Counted from the stretch's first letter, positions 10,637-19,114 are shown. The stretch is 25,329 nt of DNA from Planctomycetaceae bacterium (GCA_947453875.1 CANGIH010000001.1:1-25329), one strand, 5' to 3'. The notes: generated from the letters alone by a model not told the origin. A program made the numbers and translations.

Positions 10637-10665
10637 AGCGTAGCCCGCTGGAAGGGGAGTTTCAA
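10637..10665 (-). promoter_or_regulatory. Candidate sigma70 promoter for glnA
   Basis: Minus strand TTGAAA-N17-TACGCT; implies a ~350-nt 5' leader. Confidence 0.5.
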
Positions 10666-10675
10666 GCGACCGCGA

Positions 10676-12661
10676 CTACCGCGAGGGGCGTGCCCGACCG
10701 GCGGCTTGCGTCCGCCCGTTGTTCTGGGTCCGACCGGCGGGCAGGGCCGACTGACGGACGACCGCCCGACGGGCCGCGGCGATCGCCGCATCGAGGGCAG
10801 GATCGGCGCCGGGAAGGGCTGCCTGAGCGGCGGCCTCGGCCGGCACCGGAAGCCCCTCGGCGGCCGGATCATTTCCCGGAAGCCGCGCGGTCGAGTGGAC
10901 GACCAGATCGGGCTCGACCCCCACCCGGCTGTAGGGCTTTCCCTTGGGGGAGAAGAACTTCGCGGTGGTCAACCGCAGCCCGACCCCCCCCACCTCCAGC
11001 GGGAAGATGCCCTGGATCGACCCCTTGCCGAAGCTGCGGCTACCGACGAGCGTGCCCCGGCCATGATCGCGGATCGCACCGGCAAAGATCTCGCTCGAGC
11101 TTGCCGAATCACCGTCGATGAGCACCACCAGCGGCATCCGCCAGGTGCCGGCCCGGCTGGCCGAGTAGTTGAAATCCTCTTCGGGGCTGCGGCCACGGGT
11201 GGCGACGACGAGGCCCCGCTCGAGGAACAGGTCGGCGACGTCGACCGCCGCGGAGAGCAGCCCGCCGGGGTTGCCACGGAGGTCGATGACAAGCGACTTC
11301 ATTCCGGCGGCGTCGAGACGACGCAGCGCCGATTCAAGATCGGCCGCCGTCGTCTTCTGGAAGGAGGAGATCTGGATGTGGGCGATGCCGGCGCTCGCAT
11401 CGAGCATCCGCACCCCCTCCACGCTCGGCACCTCGACATGCTCTCGCCGCAGCGACAGCCGCCGCGGTGCAGCCCCGCCGCGGACGATATCGAGGGTCAC
11501 ACCCGAGCCCTCCGGGCCCTGGAGGAGTTGGGCCGACTCGTCGACCGACATCCCGCCAATCGAGCGGCCATCGACGGCGACAAGGTGGTCGCCACCGAGG
11601 ATCCCGCCCCGTTCCGCCGGGCTGCCGGTGATCACGTTCACCACGAGGAGACCGTCGGCGGCGGTCTTCAGCTCCACCCCGAGACCGACGAAGTTCCCTT
11701 CGATCTGGGCGTAGAGGTCGTCGAGTTGGCCGTTGGTGAGGAATGCCGAGTACTCGTCGAGCCCCCCCATCGACGCGGCGGTCATCTCCAGCAGCGTGAC
11801 CGCCGGCGGGATCCCCAACGTCGAGTGGCCGATACGGGCGACCCAGGCAGCCACGGTCTCGGCGTCAGCCTGCGTGGAGATGGTGCGGCCAGCCACGAGG
11901 CGGGCGACCTGATCGCGGTAGGCCCCGCGCCGCTCGGGGGTCGATTGCGGGGCATAGAGATGGACAAAGAGGGGATGCTCGATCGCCACATCCATCGCCC
12001 GGCAACCGCGGGTGGTGAGCCTGTGGAAATCGGGGGCATCGACATGGTGGCTGCGGATGCGGGCGAGAACCTCGGCATGGAGGCGGCGGCCGTCGGCCTC
12101 GGAGAGCCCGGCAAGCCGCTGGCGAAAAACCCCCTCGGAGTGCCGGCGGACGAGATCACAGTGGATGCGGGCCAGGTCGTAGTGGTCGTGGAGGGGCGCA
12201 GGAAGCGTTCCCTGACGCACCAGCGGCTCGCAGACCGAGAGCACGTCGCTGAAACGCTGCTCGCGTTGGAGGTTCGCGATCTGGCGTCCGAGGTCATCGA
12301 TGGCCAACTCCGGGGCCGCGGCGGCCGGGAGCGCAGGGGCCGCGGGGAGGACGACGGTCGGCGTGGCGCGGGGGAGGGCCGGCGGCAGCGGGGAGGCGGC
12401 GATCGGCAGCGTCGCGGGATCGGGCTCGGGAGCCACCGCGCCGAGAGGATCGTCCTGGCCGATGACCGGCACGACCTGCGCCACAAGCACCACCGGCACC
12501 ATCGCGACGATGGCGGCGACAAGCATCAGCCACGAGGCCCGACGGATGGCGCCAGTGGGGCGGAGGGACGCCCCGGCTGCGAAAGAGTCTGCCTGACCGG
12601 CAGACCCACCCACGACGCCAACTTCTCCGACACCGTCGTCCCCGTTTCGGGGGACCCGCAT
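10676..12661 (-). CDS. S41A family C-terminal processing peptidase (CtpA/Prc-like) with PDZ domain and long N-terminal extension
   Basis: GLDEYSAFL, PDZ GLGVEL..SPAERGG, IDLRGNPGG, SASSSEIFAG (catalytic Ser region), FGKGSIQ (Lys), TTAKFFSP, GVEPD. Start uncertain (12661 chosen; 12712 or later Mets possible). Confidence 0.92.
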   Translation of the reverse strand: MRVPRNGDDGVGEVGVVGGSAGQADSFAAGASLRPTGAIRRASWLMLVAAIVAMVPVVLVAQVVPVIGQDDPLGAVAPEPDPATLPIAASPLPPALPRATPTVVLPAAPALPAAAAPELAIDDLGRQIANLQREQRFSDVLSVCEPLVRQGTLPAPLHDHYDLARIHCDLVRRHSEGVFRQRLAGLSEADGRRLHAEVLARIRSHHVDAPDFHRLTTRGCRAMDVAIEHPLFVHLYAPQSTPERRGAYRDQVARLVAGRTISTQADAETVAAWVARIGHSTLGIPPAVTLLEMTAASMGGLDEYSAFLTNGQLDDLYAQIEGNFVGLGVELKTAADGLLVVNVITGSPAERGGILGGDHLVAVDGRSIGGMSVDESAQLLQGPEGSGVTLDIVRGGAAPRRLSLRREHVEVPSVEGVRMLDASAGIAHIQISSFQKTTAADLESALRRLDAAGMKSLVIDLRGNPGGLLSAAVDVADLFLERGLVVATRGRSPEEDFNYSASRAGTWRMPLVVLIDGDSASSSEIFAGAIRDHGRGTLVGSRSFGKGSIQGIFPLEVGGVGLRLTTAKFFSPKGKPYSRVGVEPDLVVHSTARLPGNDPAAEGLPVPAEAAAQAALPGADPALDAAIAAARRAVVRQSALPAGRTQNNGRTQAAGRARPSR

Positions 12662-12783
12662 AGGCTGTGAACAGCCGCGGGCCGAACAGGCCTCGAGAAG
12701 GGCAACGTCCACGAAAAACAGTCCGTTGACGGGGTGCCGCGTCCAGTGGCGGCAGGCAGCGGTCTGTCCTTCAACCGCCCGCG

Positions 12784-12812
12784 ATTATGGATCACGAATC
12801 CCGGCTGGTCAA
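12784..12812 (-). promoter_or_regulatory. Sigma70 promoter for the S41 peptidase gene
   Basis: Minus strand TTGACC-N17-CATAAT, preceded by a T-tract (A8 at 12811-12818 on +). Confidence 0.65.
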
Positions 12813-12854
12813 AAAAAACCGGCCGATCAGCCCGCACTCCAAAAGGCGACACGT

Positions 12855-12863
12855 TGGTACGAT
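12855..12863 (+). promoter_or_regulatory. Candidate extended -10 promoter for the ECF sigma gene
   Basis: TG-g-TACGAT 20 nt before ATG 12884, with AAGGA SD in the short leader. Confidence 0.4.
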
Positions 12864-12883
12864 TGGCGGAGCGAAGGAACCGC

Positions 12884-13624
12884 ATGAACGCCCCCTCCGG
12901 CGACGCCGTCAGACCATCCGCCGACCCGATCCCAGCAGGGGTGGAGGCATCCCAGCCGGGGGCGAGCGTGCCTCCCCGCGCCGGCCATGCAAGCGGCACG
13001 AACCTTCCGGATGGCCAGCCGACGCTGCAACTACTCGACCGCGTCCGGCGCGGGGACGATGACGCCATCAACGGCCTCCTCGCCCGCCACCGCGATGCCA
13101 TCCGTCAGATGGTCGACCGGCGGATGGATCGTGTCATCCAGCGGCGGGTCGACGCCAGCGACATCGTTCAGGATGTCCTTCTCGAGGCCAACCGCCGCCT
13201 CGGCGACTACCTCGCCAATCCCATCATGCCATTCCAGCTCTGGCTGCGGCACATGGCCCGCGACCGGTTGATCGATGCCCACCGGCGCCACCGGGTGGCG
13301 GCCACCCGGAGCATCGACCGGGAAGTGCCGCTGGCCGGTGGGGGAGACGACGGCTCGCTGGCGGACGGCACCGCCGGGCTTGCCGACCGCGAACTCACCC
13401 CGGCTGCAGCCGCCACCTGGCACGAGTTGGAACGCCGGTTCGCGGCGGCGGTGGAGCGGCTGGAGGAGGACGACCGGCAGATTGTCCTCCTCCGTCACTT
13501 CGAACATCTCTCCACCGCCGACGCAGCGGAGGTGCTGGGGCTGTCGAAGCCGGCGGCGGGCATGCGGTACCTGCGGGCCATGCGGCGGTTGCGGGTCCTC
13601 CTCGATGGCGGCGGGGGGGAGTGA
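12884..13624 (+). CDS. ECF sigma-70 factor, planctomycete-type, kinase-associated
   Basis: LLDRVRRGDDDAINGLLARHR, region 2 VDASDIVQDVLLEA..FQLWLRHMARDRLIDAHRRH, region 4 LEEDDRQIVLLRHFEHLSTADAAEVLG..RYLRAMRRLR. ATG 12884 has an AAGGA SD. Confidence 0.93.
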   Translation: MNAPSGDAVRPSADPIPAGVEASQPGASVPPRAGHASGTNLPDGQPTLQLLDRVRRGDDDAINGLLARHRDAIRQMVDRRMDRVIQRRVDASDIVQDVLLEANRRLGDYLANPIMPFQLWLRHMARDRLIDAHRRHRVAATRSIDREVPLAGGGDDGSLADGTAGLADRELTPAAAATWHELERRFAAAVERLEEDDRQIVLLRHFEHLSTADAAEVLGLSKPAAGMRYLRAMRRLRVLLDGGGGE

Positions 13625-13736
13625 CCGCCCGAGGGCCATGTCCGCCAGCCCCCGAGGCTCCTACCATGCCCCGGGCGGAGAGCGGCCGGCCCCCGGAGAG
13701 GGGTCGAGGTCAGACCACGGGCGACAGGGCAGGGTG

Positions 13737-15518
13737 ATGAAACGAGGCGAGTCGGTCGGCAGATCCGAGGCAGGGGGGACCGCCCTTCCGGCGGCCCGCC
13801 GCGCCGTGGAAGCACCGCTCTCGATGGCCGAGGAGGAACGCCTTGCCGGCCTGCTCGACGAGCTGGCCGACGGCCCCGAAGGCACCGCCTCGATGCGGCT
13901 TGAATCGCTCGCCAGTTCCCATCCCGATCTCGCCCCACAACTCCGCGAGTTGTACGCGGCGATGATGCTCACCGATGCGGTGGCCCATGAATCGACGATC
14001 TTCACCCGCTCCCCCATCGCGGCCGATCGCAACCTGACCCGGTCGAGCCAGCCGATCGCGGCGCCGCCGCTGCGCGCGGCGGTGGCGGCAACCGACGGAT
14101 TCGCCCCCGGCACCGTCGCCCTCCCGGCGGTGTTTGGCGACTACGACCTCCTCGAGGAGGTGGGCCGCGGCGGCATGGGAGTCGTCTACCGGGCGCGGCA
14201 GCGGAGCCTCGATCGCATCGTCGCGGTGAAGATGCTCCTCCGCCGCGAGCTCGCGTCAGCCGCCGATCTGGCCCGGTTCCGCAGCGAGGCAGAAGCTGCT
14301 GCCCGGCTCGACCATCCAGGAATCGTGTCGGTGTTCGAGGTCGGCGAACTCGATGGCCATCCCTTCTACTCGATGCAGTATGTGGAGGGGACGACGCTCG
14401 CCCGCCTGCTGACCGGCGGCCCGCTTCCGGCGCGCGACGCGGCGACGATCCTTGCGCAGGTGGCCGAGGCCGTTCAGGCGGCCCATGCGCGGGGCATTCT
14501 CCATCGCGACCTGAAGCCGTCGAACATCCTCATCGACACCGATGGCTGTCCGCGTGTCTCCGATTTCGGCCTCGCCAAGCGACTCGAGGCCGACGCCTCG
14601 GTGACCCATACCGGCGCCATCCTCGGCACGCCCTGCTACATGTCGCCGGAGCAGGCGGCCGGGAGTCGCGGCGATGTCGGGCCGGCAAGCGACGTCTGGA
14701 GCCTTGGGGCGATCCTCTATCAGATGCTCACCGGCCGCCCGCCATTCCAGGCAGCCAGCCCGATGGACACGCTGCTGGCAGTGCTCGAATCGGATCCTCC
14801 CGTACCGCGATCGATCAACCGCAGCGTCGACCGCGACCTCGAACTGATCGCGCTGAAGAGCCTGCAGAAACCTGCCGATCTCCGCTATGCCTCGGCAGGC
14901 GCGCTCGCCAACGACCTGCGGGCATTCCTCGCCGGCGAACCGGTCGCGGCCCGGCGCGGAGGCCTTGCCGACGTCGTGTCGAGGCTGTTCCGCGAGACCC
15001 ACCACGCCGTCGTCCTGGAGAACTGGGGGCTGCTTTGGATGTGGCATTCGGTGGTCCTGCTTGCCCTCTCGATCACCACCGACGTCCTCGCCTGGCAGGG
15101 GGTGACGACGCGCTGGCCCTACCTTGTCCTCTGGGCTGGAGGGCTTGCCCTGTGGGCGCCGATCTTCTGGGCGCTGCGCCACCGCAACGGCCCGGTGACC
15201 GCCGTCGAACGGCAAATCGCCCATATCTGGGGAGGGAGCGTGATCTGCAGCGTGCTTCTCTTCTGGGTCGAAGACCTCATGCACCTCCCGGTGCTCACGC
15301 TCTCGCCGGTGCTCGCGCTCGTGGCTGGCCTCGTCTTCTTCGCCAAGGCCGGCATCCTCTCCGGTGCCTTCTATTTCCAGGCTGCGGCGCTGTTTGCCAC
15401 GGCGCTGTTGATGTGCCGCTTCCCCGACCATGCCCACATCCTCTTCGGTGTCGTGAGCGCCGCCTGTTTCTTCATCCCGGGGCTCAAGTATTTCCGCCAA
15501 CGGATGCGGGCTGACTGA
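13737..15518 (+). CDS. Hanks-type Ser/Thr protein kinase with C-terminal multi-pass membrane domain
   Basis: EEVGRGGMGVVY, VAVKM, HRDLKPSN, DFGLAK, GTPCYMSPEQ, DVWSLG; about 6 hydrophobic helices at the C-terminus. Start uncertain (13638, 13737 or 13824). Confidence 0.95.
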   Translation: MKRGESVGRSEAGGTALPAARRAVEAPLSMAEEERLAGLLDELADGPEGTASMRLESLASSHPDLAPQLRELYAAMMLTDAVAHESTIFTRSPIAADRNLTRSSQPIAAPPLRAAVAATDGFAPGTVALPAVFGDYDLLEEVGRGGMGVVYRARQRSLDRIVAVKMLLRRELASAADLARFRSEAEAAARLDHPGIVSVFEVGELDGHPFYSMQYVEGTTLARLLTGGPLPARDAATILAQVAEAVQAAHARGILHRDLKPSNILIDTDGCPRVSDFGLAKRLEADASVTHTGAILGTPCYMSPEQAAGSRGDVGPASDVWSLGAILYQMLTGRPPFQAASPMDTLLAVLESDPPVPRSINRSVDRDLELIALKSLQKPADLRYASAGALANDLRAFLAGEPVAARRGGLADVVSRLFRETHHAVVLENWGLLWMWHSVVLLALSITTDVLAWQGVTTRWPYLVLWAGGLALWAPIFWALRHRNGPVTAVERQIAHIWGGSVICSVLLFWVEDLMHLPVLTLSPVLALVAGLVFFAKAGILSGAFYFQAAALFATALLMCRFPDHAHILFGVVSAACFFIPGLKYFRQRMRAD

Positions 15519-15643
15519 CGGGTGCGTTGTCCCTGGTGTTCACACGCCGCACGGCCGTGAAACGACGCGCCCGAACCGCCACTCCCCCGGGTGCGTAGAC
15601 TTTCATCGGGCGGATCCTTTCAGGGCGAGTGCGGCAGGAGGCG

Positions 15644-16429
15644 ATGGCAACGATGGCACGTGGCGACAGGCTCGCGGTCGAACGGCGGTTTGTCGGGACG
15701 GCAGTCACCTACACCCACCACGGCATCGACATGGGGGACGGCACGGTCGTTCATGCCCGTCCCGATGATCCCGAGCGGATCTTCGAGGGGGGGAAGGTCG
15801 ATCGGACGAGCCTCGGTGAGTTTGCCCTCGGCGCCCCGGTCCGTGTCGTCACCACTCCGGCTGCCTGCTACCCGCCTGACGAAATCGCCGATCGGGCCCT
15901 CACGCTTGTCGGCCGTGACGGCTACTGCCCGGTGGTGGAAAACTGCGAACACTTCGCCACCTGGTGCGCGACGGGGGAGCGGCAGAGCCGTCAGGTCGAT
16001 CTGCTCATTGAACGGGCAGGGAGTGCCGCCTCGCGCCTGGCCGCCGTCGTCGCCGCACGGGCTGCCGTCGGGGCCGCCGAGCGGGTGGCGGTGAGGACGG
16101 CCCTCGGCACGACCGTCCGCCTCGGGCTCGGCACGCTGCTTCCCGCCACCCTCGTGGCGGAGGGGGCGGCGATGATGGCCGAATGGAGTGCCCACCAGGC
16201 GGGCCGCACGCCCGCGCAGAGCCGGCGTGCGGGGGAATCAGCCGGCTTGGCGACGAGCGCCTGTGTCTGTGCCGCAGCTACCGCCGCCGGCGGGCCTGCG
16301 GCGCTTGTCACCGGGGCCCTGGCGGGCGCGAGCCTGTGGCTTGCCGGATCGGCGGTCGCCGGTTTCGCCGAGAAGGCCCGCACGGGCGATGACGGCGGCT
16401 TTGTCGACACGAAGCGGCGCATCTCCTGA
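15644..16429 (+). CDS. LRAT-like (permuted NlpC/P60) acyltransferase/phospholipase with long hydrophobic Ala/Gly-rich tail
   Basis: YTHHGIDMGDGTVVH and NCEHFATWC motifs; AGGAGG SD before ATG 15644/15653. Confidence 0.85.
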   Translation: MATMARGDRLAVERRFVGTAVTYTHHGIDMGDGTVVHARPDDPERIFEGGKVDRTSLGEFALGAPVRVVTTPAACYPPDEIADRALTLVGRDGYCPVVENCEHFATWCATGERQSRQVDLLIERAGSAASRLAAVVAARAAVGAAERVAVRTALGTTVRLGLGTLLPATLVAEGAAMMAEWSAHQAGRTPAQSRRAGESAGLATSACVCAAATAAGGPAALVTGALAGASLWLAGSAVAGFAEKARTGDDGGFVDTKRRIS

Positions 16430-16453
16430 GCCGCGTCTGGTTGATCGCCCCGA

Positions 16454-18469
16454 TCACCCGCCCCTGGAATCGTGCTCCGCCGCGGCTGGCCCCCGGTCGG
16501 CCCCCCGCTCCGAGCCGTAGTCGGTGAGCCTGCCCCCCCCTTGCCCCACCCGGAGGGCGTTGAGCACAGCCACCACGTCGATCGCCTCCTGGACGAGCGC
16601 TCCCACCGTTGGCGTGAGGAGCCCAGCGGCCGCGAATCCCATCCCCACCACGCTCGCCCCCATCCCGCCGATGGCGCTTTGCAGCGCCACTGACCGCAAC
16701 CGCCGGCCGATGTGAAAGAGCTCGTCGACCCGTTCGAGCGAAGAATCCATCACCACGGCCCCTGCCGCCTCGCTCGTGACGTCGTTGGCGGTGCCCATCG
16801 CGATCCCCACCGTCGCCGCGGCGAGCGCCGGGGCGTCGTTGATGCCGTCGCCGACAAACAGCGTGGGCGCCTGCCGGGTCGCCTCCTCGACGATCCGCAG
16901 CTTCCCTTCCGGTGAGATGCCGGCATGCACCTCCCCGATCCCCACCTTCTCCGCGAGCCACCTGACCTCGCTCTCCCGGTCGCCACTGACGAGCATCACC
17001 CGATCGAGCCCATGGGCCGGGCGGAGATGCCCGACGAACGTCGCTCCATCGCGACGGGGGGCGTCGCGGAAGCGGAGCAGGCCAGCCGCCCGTCCATCGA
17101 CCACCACGACACACTCGAGGCCGCCGGCCCCTTCCGGCAGCCGCGCGGCTTCCACGGGGGCGTTGGCCAGGAGCTTGGCCCGACTGGTGATCGCCACCTC
17201 ATGATCCGCCCCGTCAGCCAGGCGCACGCGCCCCACGAGCCCCTGCCCGGGGCGCTCCGAGACCTCGTCCACCGGCAGCGTCTCCCCACCGGCGGCCCGG
17301 GCGGCCTCCAGCACGGCCGCGGCCAGCGGATGCTTCGAGTAGGCCTCGAGGCTGCCGGCGAGGCCGAGCACGCCCGCCGCATCGAAGCGATCGATCGGCA
17401 GCGTCTCGGTGAGCCGGGGGCTGCCGTAGGTGAGGGTGCCGGTCTTGTCGAAGATCGCTGTCCGGCAGGTGGCCATCCGTTCGAGGATCGCCGGATCGCG
17501 GATCACGATCCCCCGCCTGGCCGCCAACGACACGGCGCCGATGATCGCCACAGGGATCGCGATCAGGAGCGGGCAGGGGGTGGCGACGACGAGCACGGCG
17601 AGGAACCGCGTGGCATCGCCGCTGGCCCACCACGCCGCCCCGGCCACCGCCAGTGCCAACGGGGTGTAGAGGGCGCCGAGCGAATCGGCCATCCGCCGGA
17701 GCCGGGGCCGATGGGTCTCGCTCTGCCGGAGCACATCGACGATCTTCGCGTAGCGACTGTCGGCCGCGATCGCCTCGGTGCGCACATCGAGCGCTCCCTG
17801 GCCATTGACCGCCCCCGAAAGCACGGCCGATCCGGGCGCCTTCTGCATCCGCCACGGTTCCCCCGTCAGGTAGCTCTCATCCATCGAGCCATGTCCGGCC
17901 ACCACCACGCCATCCACCGGGCAGGTCTCGTGGGGGAGGACGACGATCACATCCCCCACCCTGACCTCGCCGAGCGGCACATCGAGAATCGCTCCCGTGC
18001 CCCGCCGATGGGCAAGCGTGGGCATCCGCCGGGCGAGGGCCTCAAGGACGCTCCCCGCCCGGGCCACCGCCCTCGATTCGAGCGCCTCGCCACCGGAGAG
18101 CATCAGCACCACGAGCACTCCGGCCAGCCACTCCCCCAGGCAGACGCTCGTGATGATCGCCATTCCCGCAAGCAGATCGGCCCCGAAGGTCCCCGCGAGG
18201 AGTTTCCCAAAGAGCCCTGCCAGAAGCGGCGCGCCGCCCAGCAGGAGCATCAGCACGAGCGGCAGCTGGGCCGCCGTCGGCGGGCCTGGCCATCCCTCCG
18301 GCCATGCCGCAGCGAGCCACTCAAGCGGGGTGACGGCGAATCCCGCCAGACGCAGAAAACCATGGAGCAGGATCGCGGCGATCGCCCCGGCGGCGATCCA
18401 GTCATTCACCGGCCAGGGGCGCCCGGCCGCCGCTGACTTGCTCCCGCTGTGAGTCTCGCTGGCTGCCAT
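16454..18469 (-). CDS. Heavy-metal P1B-type ATPase, subgroup P1B-5 signature
   Basis: LTGEP, ATPCPL, DKTGTLT, SKHPLA, GDGINDAPALA, QSAIGGMGASVVGM (QX4GX3SX3M), QEAIDVVAVLNA. No N-terminal metal-binding domain and no C-terminal hemerythrin. Confidence 0.93.
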   Translation of the reverse strand: MAASETHSGSKSAAAGRPWPVNDWIAAGAIAAILLHGFLRLAGFAVTPLEWLAAAWPEGWPGPPTAAQLPLVLMLLLGGAPLLAGLFGKLLAGTFGADLLAGMAIITSVCLGEWLAGVLVVLMLSGGEALESRAVARAGSVLEALARRMPTLAHRRGTGAILDVPLGEVRVGDVIVVLPHETCPVDGVVVAGHGSMDESYLTGEPWRMQKAPGSAVLSGAVNGQGALDVRTEAIAADSRYAKIVDVLRQSETHRPRLRRMADSLGALYTPLALAVAGAAWWASGDATRFLAVLVVATPCPLLIAIPVAIIGAVSLAARRGIVIRDPAILERMATCRTAIFDKTGTLTYGSPRLTETLPIDRFDAAGVLGLAGSLEAYSKHPLAAAVLEAARAAGGETLPVDEVSERPGQGLVGRVRLADGADHEVAITSRAKLLANAPVEAARLPEGAGGLECVVVVDGRAAGLLRFRDAPRRDGATFVGHLRPAHGLDRVMLVSGDRESEVRWLAEKVGIGEVHAGISPEGKLRIVEEATRQAPTLFVGDGINDAPALAAATVGIAMGTANDVTSEAAGAVVMDSSLERVDELFHIGRRLRSVALQSAIGGMGASVVGMGFAAAGLLTPTVGALVQEAIDVVAVLNALRVGQGGGRLTDYGSERGADRGPAAAEHDSRGG

Positions 18470-18538
18470 GACGTCCCCCGTTTGGTGGCCTCCGAGAGAC
18501 AGGCCGTCAACTGAAAACCCTGTTCAGAAAGCGGGCGG

Positions 18539-19114
18539 CTAGGAGTGCATCCGCACGAGCGGCTCCCCTTCGGCCACGATCGCCGCCTCGGCCGCCGAGA
18601 GCTCGCCGAGGCGATCGATGACCGCCTCTTCTGGGCCGAATTCCTTCGCCAGGCGGACATACGTCGAGTGGTGGCGGGCTTCCGATTCAAACAGCCCCCC
18701 CCAGAAATCGCGCAATTCGCCGTCGCCGACATGATCGCGGAGGAGGGCAAAGCGCTCGCAACTGCGCGCCTCGATCAATCCCGCCACGAGCAGCCTGTCG
18801 ATCGCGCGCTCCGGCTCCCCCTTGCGCACGAGCGCATGGAGCCGGGATCCATAGGCCGAGGGGGAAAGCTTCCTGAATCGCACGCCGCGGCGATCGAGGA
18901 GATCGAGCACCATCCGGAAGTGCTCCAGCTCCTCCTCCACGATCTCCGTCATCGCCCGGGCAAGCGGCAGGCAGTCGACGTAGGAGAAGAGGAGGTTCAT
19001 CGCCACCCCGGCGGCCTTCTTCTCGCAGTGGGCGTGGTCGATGAGGAGTTCTTCAAGGTGCCCCCCCACCCGCCCGAGCCAGGCCCGTGACGACGGCTCT
19101 TTGAGCGACAGCAT
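18539..19114 (-). CDS. miaE: tRNA-(ms2io6A)-hydroxylase MiaE-like di-iron protein
   Basis: DHAHCEKKAA, EELEHF, LIEARSCERF, SEARH. GGAGGA SD positioned for ATG 19114 rather than 19120. Confidence 0.88.
   Translation of the reverse strand: MLSLKEPSSRAWLGRVGGHLEELLIDHAHCEKKAAGVAMNLLFSYVDCLPLARAMTEIVEEELEHFRMVLDLLDRRGVRFRKLSPSAYGSRLHALVRKGEPERAIDRLLVAGLIEARSCERFALLRDHVGDGELRDFWGGLFESEARHHSTYVRLAKEFGPEEAVIDRLGELSAAEAAIVAEGEPLVRMHS

Noticed and set aside
10615-10665. TTGAAAC-N37-GTTTCAA resembling CRISPR repeat ends around a spacer
   Set aside because: Only 7-bp arms, no full repeat, no array and no cas genes; one arm is better explained as a -35 box.
10279-10675. Sigma54 (-24/-12) promoter expected for nitrogen genes
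   Set aside because: No TGGCAC-N5-TTGC or convincing GG-N10-GC match found by eye; the same holds upstream of the PEP-CTERM gene.
13275-13736. Long N-terminal extension of the kinase given by the ORF track (likewise 12734, 2143, 2422, 19156, 21257 starts)
   Set aside because: Overlaps neighbouring genes or promoters; SD and promoter positions favour the later starts.
2332-18469. Nickel link between the LarA-like gene and the P1B-5 ATPase
   Set aside because: 13 kb apart with unrelated genes in between, and the LarA-like protein lacks cofactor-binding residues.
18487-18527. TTGACG with two short inverted repeats (GGCCT/AGGCC, CTGAA/TTCAG) upstream of the ATPase, suggestive of a metal-regulator operator
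   Set aside because: No usable -10 at 17-19 nt, and 5-bp arms are frequent by chance.
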